Shown: positions 28,989-37,880 of the stretch, in pieces
Position numbering within the stretch: position 1 is the stretch's first letter
How the letters are laid out: the number at the start of each line of letters is the position of its first letter
Assembly (NCBI GenBank): GCA_016182565.1
Contig: JACPGI010000005.1
Coordinates: 11,005 to 75,004, forward strand
Direction of reading: 5' to 3'
Length of the DNA stretch: 64,000 nt
From: a candidate division WWE3 bacterium
GTDB taxonomy: Bacteria; Patescibacteriota; WWE3; UBA101185; UBA10185
Made by a program: the position numbers and the translations under genes
Notes under the pieces: generated by a model
Told to the model about the DNA's origin: nothing
The model's database searches: none
Seen by the model: only the letters and a program-made list of their open reading frames with translations

Positions 28989-30339
28989 TGGTATAAGTAT
29001 AAGTTAGGGATAATCCAACAGTCAATAAAAACAATATTTGGGTTTGCGGAATTGTGTAGAAATAATGATCAAAACTGCCAAGTATTATAATCTGAAGTAG
29101 ATTAATAAAAAGTACGACGGGAAAGCCAAAACCTTGTGCTAGAAGAGATCTAAAACAAAGAAATAGTATGGCAAAAAAAGCCAGTAAAACAAAGACGCCG
29201 CTTTCTGCAAAGATAAGTAAAAATGTGTTATGAACAGGTTGGTTGAAAGTTAGAACTTGGGAAAGAGGTAAATAATTTGATAGGTTAACAGTGAAATTGT
29301 TAAGACCAACTCCCCATACAGGATTTTGCACTATCATCTGATATGCAGAAATCTCTAAATTAACTCGCCTGTAAATTGAGGGGTTTAGGAGAAAACTTTT
29401 ACCAAAATCCCCCAGATAAGTTAAATGGGTTAGTAAAAAACTTGAAATAAATACAAAAAATGTAACTAAAAGTGAGGCAAAAACACCGGATTTACCAAAA
29501 TATTTAATAACAAAATAAAAAATACTCCCGAGTAAAACCGCTAAAATGGCAAACTGACTAAATGTGGTAATAGTTCCAACAAAAGCCATAATGAGCACTA
29601 GATAAATAAAGCCCATTTTAATATTGATAGGAAATTTATGCTGCCAATTCTTTTTAACAGTATTATTTTCAACCAAGTTGGTGGTTAAATAGGGTTGTGT
29701 TGTTAAAAAATATAAAGCCCAAATAAAAAAAATACTTAAATAACCCCCAAATATGTTCGGATGCCTAAAGGTCGCATAAGCAGGTATTCTCTGCTCTCCA
29801 TTAATAGTGGTTCTTGCAACATTAAAAGTAGTGCTGTCGTAAACCTGCTCCCCAAAGAATAAGTAGTTATCAAATACTGAGGATTGCTTTTGCCACTGCA
29901 TAAGGCCCAATATGACCAAAAAAACTACCTGAAATGAAAAAATCAAAATAAAATTTTTGAGTTCTTTTTCTAACTTGACCTCAAACCAAATATAAACAAC
30001 TAAAAATAAACGAAGCACAAAAGTTAAATAAAAATATAAAGCGCTAGTTAATCAAGGGGCTAAAATAATTGAAGGGAAGAAAGCTAAAATAAAAATTAGA
30101 AAAACTTGTTTATATTCAAATCTTTTAATCTTTTTAAAACCGCCTGAAAACGCCCAAGTAATAAAAAGCCCGAAAAGCAAAATATCTATAAGCCAAAATG
30201 TCGGTACTAGATAATCAACCAAACGTGAATTGACATACGAATCAACAGAAATAAAGTGCTTACCCAAATTTGTAGGTAGTAGTACAAGAATTAAATAAAA
30301 AATAGTCTTATGTAATTTAGCAAAACTTACTGAAACCAT
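28975..30339 (-). pseudogene. O-antigen ligase-like gene interrupted by one in-frame TGA (30054-30052)
   Basis: ORFs 30052-30339 and 28975-30018 share a frame and read ...IILAP*LTSALYFYLTFVLRLF. Ligase motifs AYATFRHPNIFG, GVGLNNF and QPVHN. Confidence 0.7.
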
Positions 30340-30385
30340 TATTTTTGTGGGCAGTAAATAAAATAGAAATTAGATCATATCTTTG

Positions 30386-31147
30386 TCATAGCTTTAGAGA
30401 CAATCTGTGTGCGTCTAATGCCATAGTATCATCAATAGGACCAAAGTCTGTAACACCTAAAGATTTTGCAATTAGATAGTCAGCCAAGTGTGGGTTTCTG
30501 GCAAGGATAGGTCCGTGCAGATACGAACCGATCACATTTTTATAAATACATCCTTCCGTATGATCTTCTGAATTATTTCCATGTCCTTTTATGATCGTTG
30601 CAAGGGGTGTTCCGTTTTTGCCAAGATAAGTTCTTCCACCATGATTCTCAAAACCAACAAGGGTGCCTCCTATGCTATTTAAATGACTGAAGGTGGGTTC
30701 GTGCCTAGAAGCTGAATTTAATTCGCACACAACGTTTCCTATACATCTTGGTTTTTTATTCCCGAATGAGATTGTGTATAAATCAAAAATCTTAAGGCCT
30801 TCCAACACATCCCCGTTTGCAGCTTTATAATAATCACCCAACAGTTGGTACGATCCACATATAAATAAACCAACACCACCTGCCTCAATATAATTTTTCA
30901 AAAAAGTTTTTTTGTTGGAAAGTAAATCTTGGTACATGTCTTTTTGACTAGCATCGGGACCACCTCCCATAAAGACAAGGTTTATTTCTTTTGGTTGTAG
31001 TAATGAGATGTCTGTAGTAGTACTAACCTCCACCACTTCTACCTCAATACCTCTTTTTTCGGCACGGTATTTAAGTATCTGTACATTACCGTCGTCCCCA
31101 TATAAGTTTAAATAGTCGGGATAAAAATATCCTATCACCAGCTTCAT
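30386..31147 (-). CDS. gatD: Lipid II isoglutaminyl synthase glutaminase subunit GatD
   Basis: NLYGDDGN, ICGSYQLLG, GFENHGGRT and YLHGPIL motifs; ATGA overlap with murT. Confidence 0.92.
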   Translation of the reverse strand: MKLVIGYFYPDYLNLYGDDGNVQILKYRAEKRGIEVEVVEVSTTTDISLLQPKEINLVFMGGGPDASQKDMYQDLLSNKKTFLKNYIEAGGVGLFICGSYQLLGDYYKAANGDVLEGLKIFDLYTISFGNKKPRCIGNVVCELNSASRHEPTFSHLNSIGGTLVGFENHGGRTYLGKNGTPLATIIKGHGNNSEDHTEGCIYKNVIGSYLHGPILARNPHLADYLIAKSLGVTDFGPIDDTMALDAHRLSLKL

Positions 31148-32298
31148 AAAATTTTTCTTCCAGTTAGTAGTTGCCTTACATTTAGCATAGCTGAGTAATT
31201 TGGCAAAACTACAATATTTAATAAGTTCTCCCGAGTGTTAACTCTTGTAAGTACATCAGTATCTCTCATAGAAAGGTTTTCAGGTAAAATTTTAATGTTT
31301 GCATAATTTAATCGAACCCCCATATCAAGATACCTTGAACCGGAAACAAAGACCTCCTTATTATAAAAAGCCTTCTCTAACAGTTTTGGATCAACATCAT
31401 AAATCCAAGAAACATCTCTCCCATCAGGAATATCATCATTTAACACAACCCATACCCCATCGCACAAAATGCTACCATCAAGTAAAGATTCAAGGTTATT
31501 GTTAAAGCTGGCCGGATTTTTTGCTAAAAATAACTGAAACCTTTTTCCTTTATATACAACTAACTCACCTCTCCCATAGGCACTTTCAAATTTACTAAGG
31601 CTTTGCCTTGCATCCCCCTCCTCGACCCCAACAAGCGTGGAGGCATAAACTGCTGCATTTATGTTTTTAGCATTAAATTTCCCTACTAACTTTGTGTTTT
31701 TAAGATTAGTTAAATTATCATCAAATCTTATAATCTCACCTTTAAAATCTTTGACAACACCATCAAAATATGACTGGGTACCATCTAAAATGAGTTTAGT
31801 ACTTGGTGTTAGCTTAGCAACACATTTTGACCAACCATCTAAGATCAAATCGGTCTCACCGTACCTATCTAGCTGGTCCCTTGATATATTAAGAAGTACC
31901 AAGACAGTAGGGTTTATATACTCAAGTATAAGTGGAAGGTTGTTCTCATCGACCTCGAAAACACCAATATCGCTATTGTGATTACCAAACATATCCATAG
32001 AAAGTAAGATCTCGGAGACAATCCCGTTTAGAAGGTTTGCACCTGTCTTGTTATGAATAACCCTCAGGCCAGAATACTCTAGAATATGGGTTAAAAGTTT
32101 AGTAGTGGTTGTTTTTCCATTTGTACCACTCACAAGTACAATGCCTTGAGGAAACCCAAACCTCTTGTTTTTTAAAATTTCGGGATAAATTGTAAGGGCA
32201 ACATGTCCCGGCCATGTGAAACCCGATCCTATATTTAGGATATTAATTATTAGTTTTACTGTTTTTGCTAAAAATAAACTTAAGTAAAGTTTCCACAT
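31144..32298 (-). CDS. murT: Lipid II isoglutaminyl synthase Mur-ligase subunit MurT
   Basis: GTNGKTTTT, FEVDE, RDQLDRYGE, LAKNPAS and DGRDVSWIYD (DUF1727) motifs. Confidence 0.92.
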   Translation of the reverse strand: MWKLYLSLFLAKTVKLIINILNIGSGFTWPGHVALTIYPEILKNKRFGFPQGIVLVSGTNGKTTTTKLLTHILEYSGLRVIHNKTGANLLNGIVSEILLSMDMFGNHNSDIGVFEVDENNLPLILEYINPTVLVLLNISRDQLDRYGETDLILDGWSKCVAKLTPSTKLILDGTQSYFDGVVKDFKGEIIRFDDNLTNLKNTKLVGKFNAKNINAAVYASTLVGVEEGDARQSLSKFESAYGRGELVVYKGKRFQLFLAKNPASFNNNLESLLDGSILCDGVWVVLNDDIPDGRDVSWIYDVDPKLLEKAFYNKEVFVSGSRYLDMGVRLNYANIKILPENLSMRDTDVLTRVNTRENLLNIVVLPNYSAMLNVRQLLTGRKIL

Positions 32299-32309
32299 AT
32301 TTAACCAAT

Positions 32310-32597
32310 ATACTCAGTATATATTAAATAAGTAGCATCAGTAGTAGTACTGGGGATATGTGTAAAAATCATTTTAAAGTTGTTGTAATGCTTCATATTG
32401 AGTGTTATCTATGTTGATAGCCTCCTTTGTTGATTACTTCAATCTAATCGTTTTTTCTTCGGGTATGGATTACTGCAACCACACTATATATCACTGTGTA
32501 TAAGCCAAGAATTTCTGTGGATAGTATTGTGGATAAATAGGTCAAGTTATCCACACACCCTATAATTGGGTCAAAAGTTATCCCCACCTATCCAACT
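32310..32597. other. Chromosomal replication origin oriC (DnaA boxes, DnaA-trios, AT-rich DUE)
   Basis: Boxes TGTGTAAAA 32359-67, TGTGTATAA 32495-503, TGTGGATAG 32516-24, TGTGGATAA 32528-36, TTATCCACA 32547-55 and TTATCCCCA 32578-86. TAG-type trimers at 32333-32350 next to an AT-rich tract; adjacent to dnaA. Confidence 0.85.
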
Positions 32598-34025
32598 CTA
32601 ATTGGTAAGGGTTCGCTTGATGTTTACTGCATCCTGCTTGGTCTTGAAGTTATTTTCCATATCATCTTTTACTTTACCCACCCCATGCATTACAGTTGTA
32701 TGATCTCTTCCACCAAGCAACTCACCTATTGTCATGTAAGGTGTGTTTGTTAATTCATACATAAGATACATTGCCATCTGTCTCGGAATCACTAGATCTT
32801 TAGTTCTTTGCTTACCTTTTAAGTCAGTAATTTTTACGGCATAATAACTTGCCACTGTTTTTATGATGTCATTTACGTTTGTTGCCTTTTGTGACTTTTC
32901 TTTTACAATCCCGTGACCTAGTGCATGGGCTGCAAATTCTACCGTTGGACTTTCTCCCATTGCTTTTGCTTGTGTCACCACTTGTAAGTACGCCCCCTCT
33001 AACTCTCTTATGTTTGTATCCACCTTTTCGGCTACAAAATCTAAAGTTTCATTAGGAATGTTATCGTGATTTGTATCCCTTTTTGTTCTTAATATTGCAA
33101 TTCTAGTATCAAGATCGGGCGGTGTTATATCCGCGATGATTCCGCTGCTAAATCTTGAAGTAATGCGATCTTCTAAAGATGTAAAATTTTTTGGTGGTCT
33201 ATCCGAAGTAATAATTATTTGTTTTTGAGACAAGAACAAAGAATTAAATGTGTGAAAGAATTCCTGCTGTGTTGACTCCTTTCCGATTATAAATTGAATA
33301 TCATCAATGATAAGTACGTCCACACTTCTATATTTATTTCTAAACTTATTAGCAGCATATGTGCCTCCCCTATTACCGCTTTGAATCGACTCTATAAGTT
33401 CATTTGTAAATGCTTCACCAGTTGTATACCCTATGTTTAATTCAGGATGACTTCTTATAATCTCGTTTCCAACCGCGTGGATAAGATGTGTTTTTCCAAG
33501 ACCGACTCCAGCATACAGAAAGAATGGGTTGTATTTTGTTCCGGGATTTTCTGCAACAGCCTTAGCTATAGCAAAAGCAAGTCTATTATTTGATCCCATG
33601 ATATAACTTGAAAAGGTATAACTTGCTTTAAGTCCAAATCTTTCTGCCTTTTTAAAATTAGCCGATGATACTTCCGATGTTTGTCTGTTTTGATCTTTAG
33701 AATTAATTGAATCGGTTTGGTACTGGGTGTCGTTTTGAAATAGTGGTCCCATGTTTTGCTCTGTCTCTTTTTCAACATCTTTAATTTTGCCAATTTTAAT
33801 GTGGATCTGATAGTCGCCCTTTCCTATTTTATCTACACTTGATTTGATAAGTGACTGTAAGTTTTCTAATTGTTTTTTGGCAAATGCTGTCTCACAAACC
33901 ACATCTATTGAATTTTCAGTTAGGTTATCGGCTCTTGTGTTTTGTACCCATGTTTTAAACTGGGTTTCGGATAACACCACCTGTAATTCAGAAAGCACAG
34001 CCTTCCAAAGTGTTTTTATGTCCAT
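32598..34025 (-). CDS. dnaA: Chromosomal replication initiator DnaA
   Basis: YNPFFLYAGVGLGKTHL, LIIDDIQF, EFFHTFN, NIRELEG and GGRDHTTVMH motifs. Confidence 0.99.
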   Translation of the reverse strand: MDIKTLWKAVLSELQVVLSETQFKTWVQNTRADNLTENSIDVVCETAFAKKQLENLQSLIKSSVDKIGKGDYQIHIKIGKIKDVEKETEQNMGPLFQNDTQYQTDSINSKDQNRQTSEVSSANFKKAERFGLKASYTFSSYIMGSNNRLAFAIAKAVAENPGTKYNPFFLYAGVGLGKTHLIHAVGNEIIRSHPELNIGYTTGEAFTNELIESIQSGNRGGTYAANKFRNKYRSVDVLIIDDIQFIIGKESTQQEFFHTFNSLFLSQKQIIITSDRPPKNFTSLEDRITSRFSSGIIADITPPDLDTRIAILRTKRDTNHDNIPNETLDFVAEKVDTNIRELEGAYLQVVTQAKAMGESPTVEFAAHALGHGIVKEKSQKATNVNDIIKTVASYYAVKITDLKGKQRTKDLVIPRQMAMYLMYELTNTPYMTIGELLGGRDHTTVMHGVGKVKDDMENNFKTKQDAVNIKRTLTN

Positions 34026-34074
34026 ATTCGTTTTATATTCCGAAATTTTTGATGGGGCAGTAAATATATCCTAT

Positions 34075-34103
34075 TGTGTATAACTTTACTCGAGTTATCC
34101 ACA
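34075..34103. promoter_or_regulatory. DnaA boxes in the dnaA/rpmH divergent promoter region
   Basis: TGTGTATAA at 34075-83 and TTATCCACA at 34095-103. Confidence 0.75.
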
Positions 34104-34178
34104 ATTAATCAAGCAATGTTAGTTGGGGTTTATAGCTGATTGCTTTTTCCCCCACTATCGTTTAAAATCAAGCCTGTT

Positions 34179-34334
34179 ATGTCAACAAAAAGAACCTGGC
34201 AGCCAAAAAAACTAAAAAGAGTACGAAAACATGGATTTTTAAAAAGAATGGCCTCGGTAGGAGGAAAGCGCGTTATTAAAAGGAGAATGGTCAAGGGTAG
34301 AAAAGTGTTAGCTAGAGAATACAACGGTAAATAG
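34179..34334 (+). CDS. rpmH: 50S ribosomal protein L34
   Basis: [24 protein letters not shown]...GRKVL; canonical position beside dnaA. Confidence 0.96.
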   Translation: MSTKRTWQPKKLKRVRKHGFLKRMASVGGKRVIKRRMVKGRKVLAREYNGK

Positions 34335-34367
34335 GTTAATAATTAAAAAATCCCCTATAATAACCTC

Positions 34368-34721
34368 ATGCTTAAAAAACCAAATCGGATAAGGACCAGC
34401 TTTGAATTTGGTAGGGTGCGTAAATACGGAAAGCTTTTTAGGTCTTTATTTTTTGATATCTATGTTTTGGATGTTTACCCGAGGCTGGGACCGGTTAATT
34501 CCCGGTTTGGTATAGTAATTTCTAACAAGTTTAGTAAATCGGCAGTGGTGCGAAACCGTGTTAGAAGAGTTTTTAGAGAAGTGCTACGGCTAAACCTTAG
34601 TGCTTTAAAAAGTGGTTTTTGGGTTGTTATTTATCCGAAGTTTGCTAGTTTAAATAAAGGGTATGCAGAAATTAATACAGAGTTTAATCAGGTTTTACCA
34701 AAAATACATCTCCTTAGATAA
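34368..34721 (+). CDS. rnpA: Ribonuclease P protein component
   Basis: [22 protein letters not shown] (RNR motif). Confidence 0.94.
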   Translation: MLKKPNRIRTSFEFGRVRKYGKLFRSLFFDIYVLDVYPRLGPVNSRFGIVISNKFSKSAVVRNRVRRVFREVLRLNLSALKSGFWVVIYPKFASLNKGYAEINTEFNQVLPKIHLLR

Positions 34722-34878
34722 TTTGGGATTTCACATATGTAGGTATAGTCCTACATGTTCTGAGTATATGTACCAAGCCATAGAAAAGCATGGAGTTGCT
34801 AAAGGCTCTTTAATGGGGGTATATCGTGTGTTAAGATGTAATCCGTTTAGTAAAGGGGGTTTCGACCCTGTAAAATAA
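34663..34878 (+). CDS. yidD: Membrane protein insertion efficiency factor YidD
   Basis: [10 protein letters not shown]...[13 protein letters not shown]. Confidence 0.94.
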   Translation: MQKLIQSLIRFYQKYISLDNLGFHICRYSPTCSEYMYQAIEKHGVAKGSLMGVYRVLRCNPFSKGGFDPVK

Positions 34879-34883
34879 CAACT

Positions 34884-35672
34884 ATGTCCTTAGTCTGGAA
34901 CACATTATTGGTTCATCCAATTTTAAATATCTTAGTGGCGTTGTATGCCTTATTTGGAAATATGGGTGCGGCAATTGTGGTTCTCACTGTTTTGATAAGG
35001 ACAATACTTATCCCTGTGGTTTTGCCTTCTATGAAGACTATGCAGAAGCAAAGAGACCTCCAACCCGAGCTTGAGAAAATCAAAGAAAAGTTTAAATATG
35101 ATAAGCAGAAGATGGCAGAAGAACAAATGAAGCTTTTGCAAAAACACGGCGTCAATCCGGCAACCGGATGTCTTACCCAAATTGTTATGATTCTTGTTCT
35201 TATTGCTTTATATAATGTTATAAATAAATTTACGCATGGTACTAATCTTAACGAAATAAACCAATCAATCTATTTTGCATTTCTAAAGTTTGTTGATGGG
35301 ACTCAGATAAACACCCAATTTCTATACATGAATTTAATAAAGCCGGACCCATATTATGTTTTACCTGTAATTGCTGGTATTGGTCAGTTTATCTCTTCCA
35401 AGATGATGATGCCCTATGTTGCGGAAGGCGAAAAGGCTGCTCTTGTGACTACTGACAGGAAAGATGACTTAGCTTATAATATGCAAGAGCAAATGCTTTA
35501 TATGATGCCTCTGATGACAGTTTTCATTGGCGCAAGTTTACCAGCAGGTATTTCTTTATATCTTTTGGTTACAACGATCTTCTCACTGGTCCAGCAGTAT
35601 TTTGTATCAGGGTGGGGTGGTGTTGCGCCTTGGATTAAAAAGCTATCGACCATTGCCCCAAAATTTAAATAA
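34884..35672 (+). CDS. yidC: Membrane protein insertase YidC (short form)
   Basis: LQPELEKIKEK, HGVNPATGCL, DPYYVLP and LPAGISLY motifs. Confidence 0.94.
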   Translation: MSLVWNTLLVHPILNILVALYALFGNMGAAIVVLTVLIRTILIPVVLPSMKTMQKQRDLQPELEKIKEKFKYDKQKMAEEQMKLLQKHGVNPATGCLTQIVMILVLIALYNVINKFTHGTNLNEINQSIYFAFLKFVDGTQINTQFLYMNLIKPDPYYVLPVIAGIGQFISSKMMMPYVAEGEKAALVTTDRKDDLAYNMQEQMLYMMPLMTVFIGASLPAGISLYLLVTTIFSLVQQYFVSGWGGVAPWIKKLSTIAPKFK

Positions 35673-35707
35673 TTGTGAATAATTAATTTTAAAAAAGGAG
35701 TTATCAA

Positions 35708-36163
35708 ATGGATAGTGTAGTAAAAACTATTGAGCAGAAATTAGGTGAAATTCTAAAGTATCTAAAAGTCAACCCAAAGTATGAGATAGAGGAAGAGGGT
35801 GACACTTGTAAAGTATTTATTGATGGTGATGACTTAAGTTTTTTGATAGGTTACAGAGGCGAATCCTTAAACGGGTTGCAACATATCCTAACTTCTATAA
35901 TCAATAAAGATTTGGCCGAGTGGAAACATATTATTGTTGATATAAATGGCTACCGTGATTCCAGGAAATTAAAAATAGAAGATATGGTAAGAAACTTTAT
36001 TGATCGTGTACGATTCCATAATTCTGATGTAGAGATGCCCCCTATGAATTCTTTTGAACGTAGGTGGGTGCATATGTTTGTAGCAGACTATCCCGATATA
36101 GTTTCTGAAAGTGCTGGAGAGGGTAATACAAGACGAGTTGTATTAAAGTTGAAAGTTAGATAA
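35708..36163 (+). CDS. jag: Jag/KhpB KH-R3H RNA-binding protein
   Basis: LIGYRGESLNGLQ (KH) and PMNSFERRWVH (R3H). Confidence 0.9.
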   Translation: MDSVVKTIEQKLGEILKYLKVNPKYEIEEEGDTCKVFIDGDDLSFLIGYRGESLNGLQHILTSIINKDLAEWKHIIVDINGYRDSRKLKIEDMVRNFIDRVRFHNSDVEMPPMNSFERRWVHMFVADYPDIVSESAGEGNTRRVVLKLKVR

Positions 36164-36166
36164 CAA

Positions 36167-37285
36167 ATGATTTTTACCTGTCTACAAGAAAATCTGTCCA
36201 AGGGATTATCCACTGTAGGCAAGGCTGTGTCTTTAAAAAGTCCACTCCCTGTATTATCAAATGTATTAGTGGTAGCTCAGGACGGTCGCTTGAAGCTAAC
36301 CGCCTCTAATATGGAAACAAGTATTACTTTATACGTTGGGGCATCAGTGGAAAAAGATGGGGCTATTACTATTCCTGCAAAGCTTTTTGGTGAGTTCATT
36401 TCAAATTTATCCCCCAGTACAATTCGCGGTGAATTAAAGGAAAATATTCTTCATATAAGTACCGAGAAGACCAAATCTAAGTTTAATGGGGTTGATGCCA
36501 GCAATTATCCTGCCCTTCCAGAGATCAAAGATCAAACTTTGGCTATTGAGGTAGACCCAAAGGAATTTGCCCATGCTGTGATGTCAGTTGCTTTTTCAGC
36601 AGCTTCTGATGAAACCAGACCTGTGTTAACCGGAGTTTTAGTCCACCTCGAGGGTGGTGTCTTAACTCTAGCGACAGCAGATGGTTACAGACTATCTGAA
36701 ACATCAATAAAGCTTAAAAAAACTCGTACTTCCGAGTTTAACGTAATTATCCCAGCAAAAACTTTGGTTGAAGTTGCCCGTATCTTTGGTAGTAGTGGGG
36801 ACAAGCTTAAAATTGTGATGAATAAAGACGATAATTTGGCTTTATTTGAAGCTGAGGGTACAACAGTATCCACAAGGATAATTGATGGTAATTTCCCAGA
36901 TTACAAAAAACTAATTCCAGCTGAAGCCATACATAAGGCTGAGTTTTATTCTCAGGACTTACTCGAAGCTGTCAAACTTACAAATGTTTTTGCAAAAGGC
37001 TCAGAGACTCACAGCCCAATAACAATTCATATAAATCCTGAGGGATATATAAAACTTACTTCTGCATCCAGTGAGTCCGGTGAAAATCACACTCAAATTG
37101 ATGCTTCTGTTGAAGGTGAAGTCTTGGATGTGGTTTTTAATTCAAAGTTTTTACTTGATTTTTTGAACAACATAAAAGCCGAGAGGGTAGTTTTTTCTTC
37201 CAACGGTCAGCTTACACCAGGTGTTGTTAAGGGAGCCGAAACAGAGGGGTATATCCACTTGATAATGCCAATAAGAGGGAGTTAA
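36167..37285 (+). CDS. dnaN: DNA polymerase III beta sliding clamp
   Basis: PVLSNVL, DETRPVLTGV, ATADGYRL, IDGNFPDY, FNSKFLLD and LIMPIR motifs. Confidence 0.97.
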   Translation: MIFTCLQENLSKGLSTVGKAVSLKSPLPVLSNVLVVAQDGRLKLTASNMETSITLYVGASVEKDGAITIPAKLFGEFISNLSPSTIRGELKENILHISTEKTKSKFNGVDASNYPALPEIKDQTLAIEVDPKEFAHAVMSVAFSAASDETRPVLTGVLVHLEGGVLTLATADGYRLSETSIKLKKTRTSEFNVIIPAKTLVEVARIFGSSGDKLKIVMNKDDNLALFEAEGTTVSTRIIDGNFPDYKKLIPAEAIHKAEFYSQDLLEAVKLTNVFAKGSETHSPITIHINPEGYIKLTSASSESGENHTQIDASVEGEVLDVVFNSKFLLDFLNNIKAERVVFSSNGQLTPGVVKGAETEGYIHLIMPIRGS

Positions 37286-37330
37286 TGATTTGTTAGCTTT
37301 AGGATAATCAAATACAATTAAATTATAAGT

Positions 37331-37801
37331 ATGTATTTTGCTCCACTGATCCCAGTTTTAATTACATTTATTATGTTTGAGCTGATACTAAAGCTTTTGA
37401 TAAAGGATAAGTTTTTTCCACGAGATGAGTTATTGGTAGGTAGATATATAACCGACTTTTACTACTTACTATTATTTAATGTAGTTGTTGTATTGATGTT
37501 TATTTTACTTGGCTATCAGTGGCTTCCAGAATATATCTTTTCAGAAATTTACCATGCAGTATTTATAATTTTTAGTTATATTTTAATTACTGTTAGCCTA
37601 TTAAACCTAAAACATGGTGTAGTCCCAAGCTTTACTAAGGAGTTTGCTAGAAAGTTGGCTTTTAATCAGGGACACAGTTTAAGTAAGCAGAACCTTATAA
37701 GTGGCATAGAAATTAAATATGTTGGGGCTAAAGCGAAGGCGCTAAATCTCACAGCCATCATTTTTGGTGTGGTGGCAATTTTTCTAACCCTTAAACTTTA
37801 G
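37331..37801 (+). CDS. Hypothetical membrane protein
   Basis: 156-aa AT-rich ORF with about 4 TM segments. Confidence 0.6.
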   Translation: MYFAPLIPVLITFIMFELILKLLIKDKFFPRDELLVGRYITDFYYLLLFNVVVVLMFILLGYQWLPEYIFSEIYHAVFIIFSYILITVSLLNLKHGVVPSFTKEFARKLAFNQGHSLSKQNLISGIEIKYVGAKAKALNLTAIIFGVVAIFLTLKL

Positions 37802-37880
37802 TAAAATTAACTAGAAGCGTACCGAAGCTTAACACAAGGTTTATATTTATATTAAAATGTCAAAATACCCTTCGATTTAT

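Noticed and set aside
30052-30054. UGA recoding (genetic code 25 or 4) as the explanation for the in-frame TGA
   Set aside because: TGA is a true stop for murT, gatD, pilin 49112 and ORFs 52338, 52922 and 57854, mostly in ATGA overlaps. The other two interruptions are TAA.
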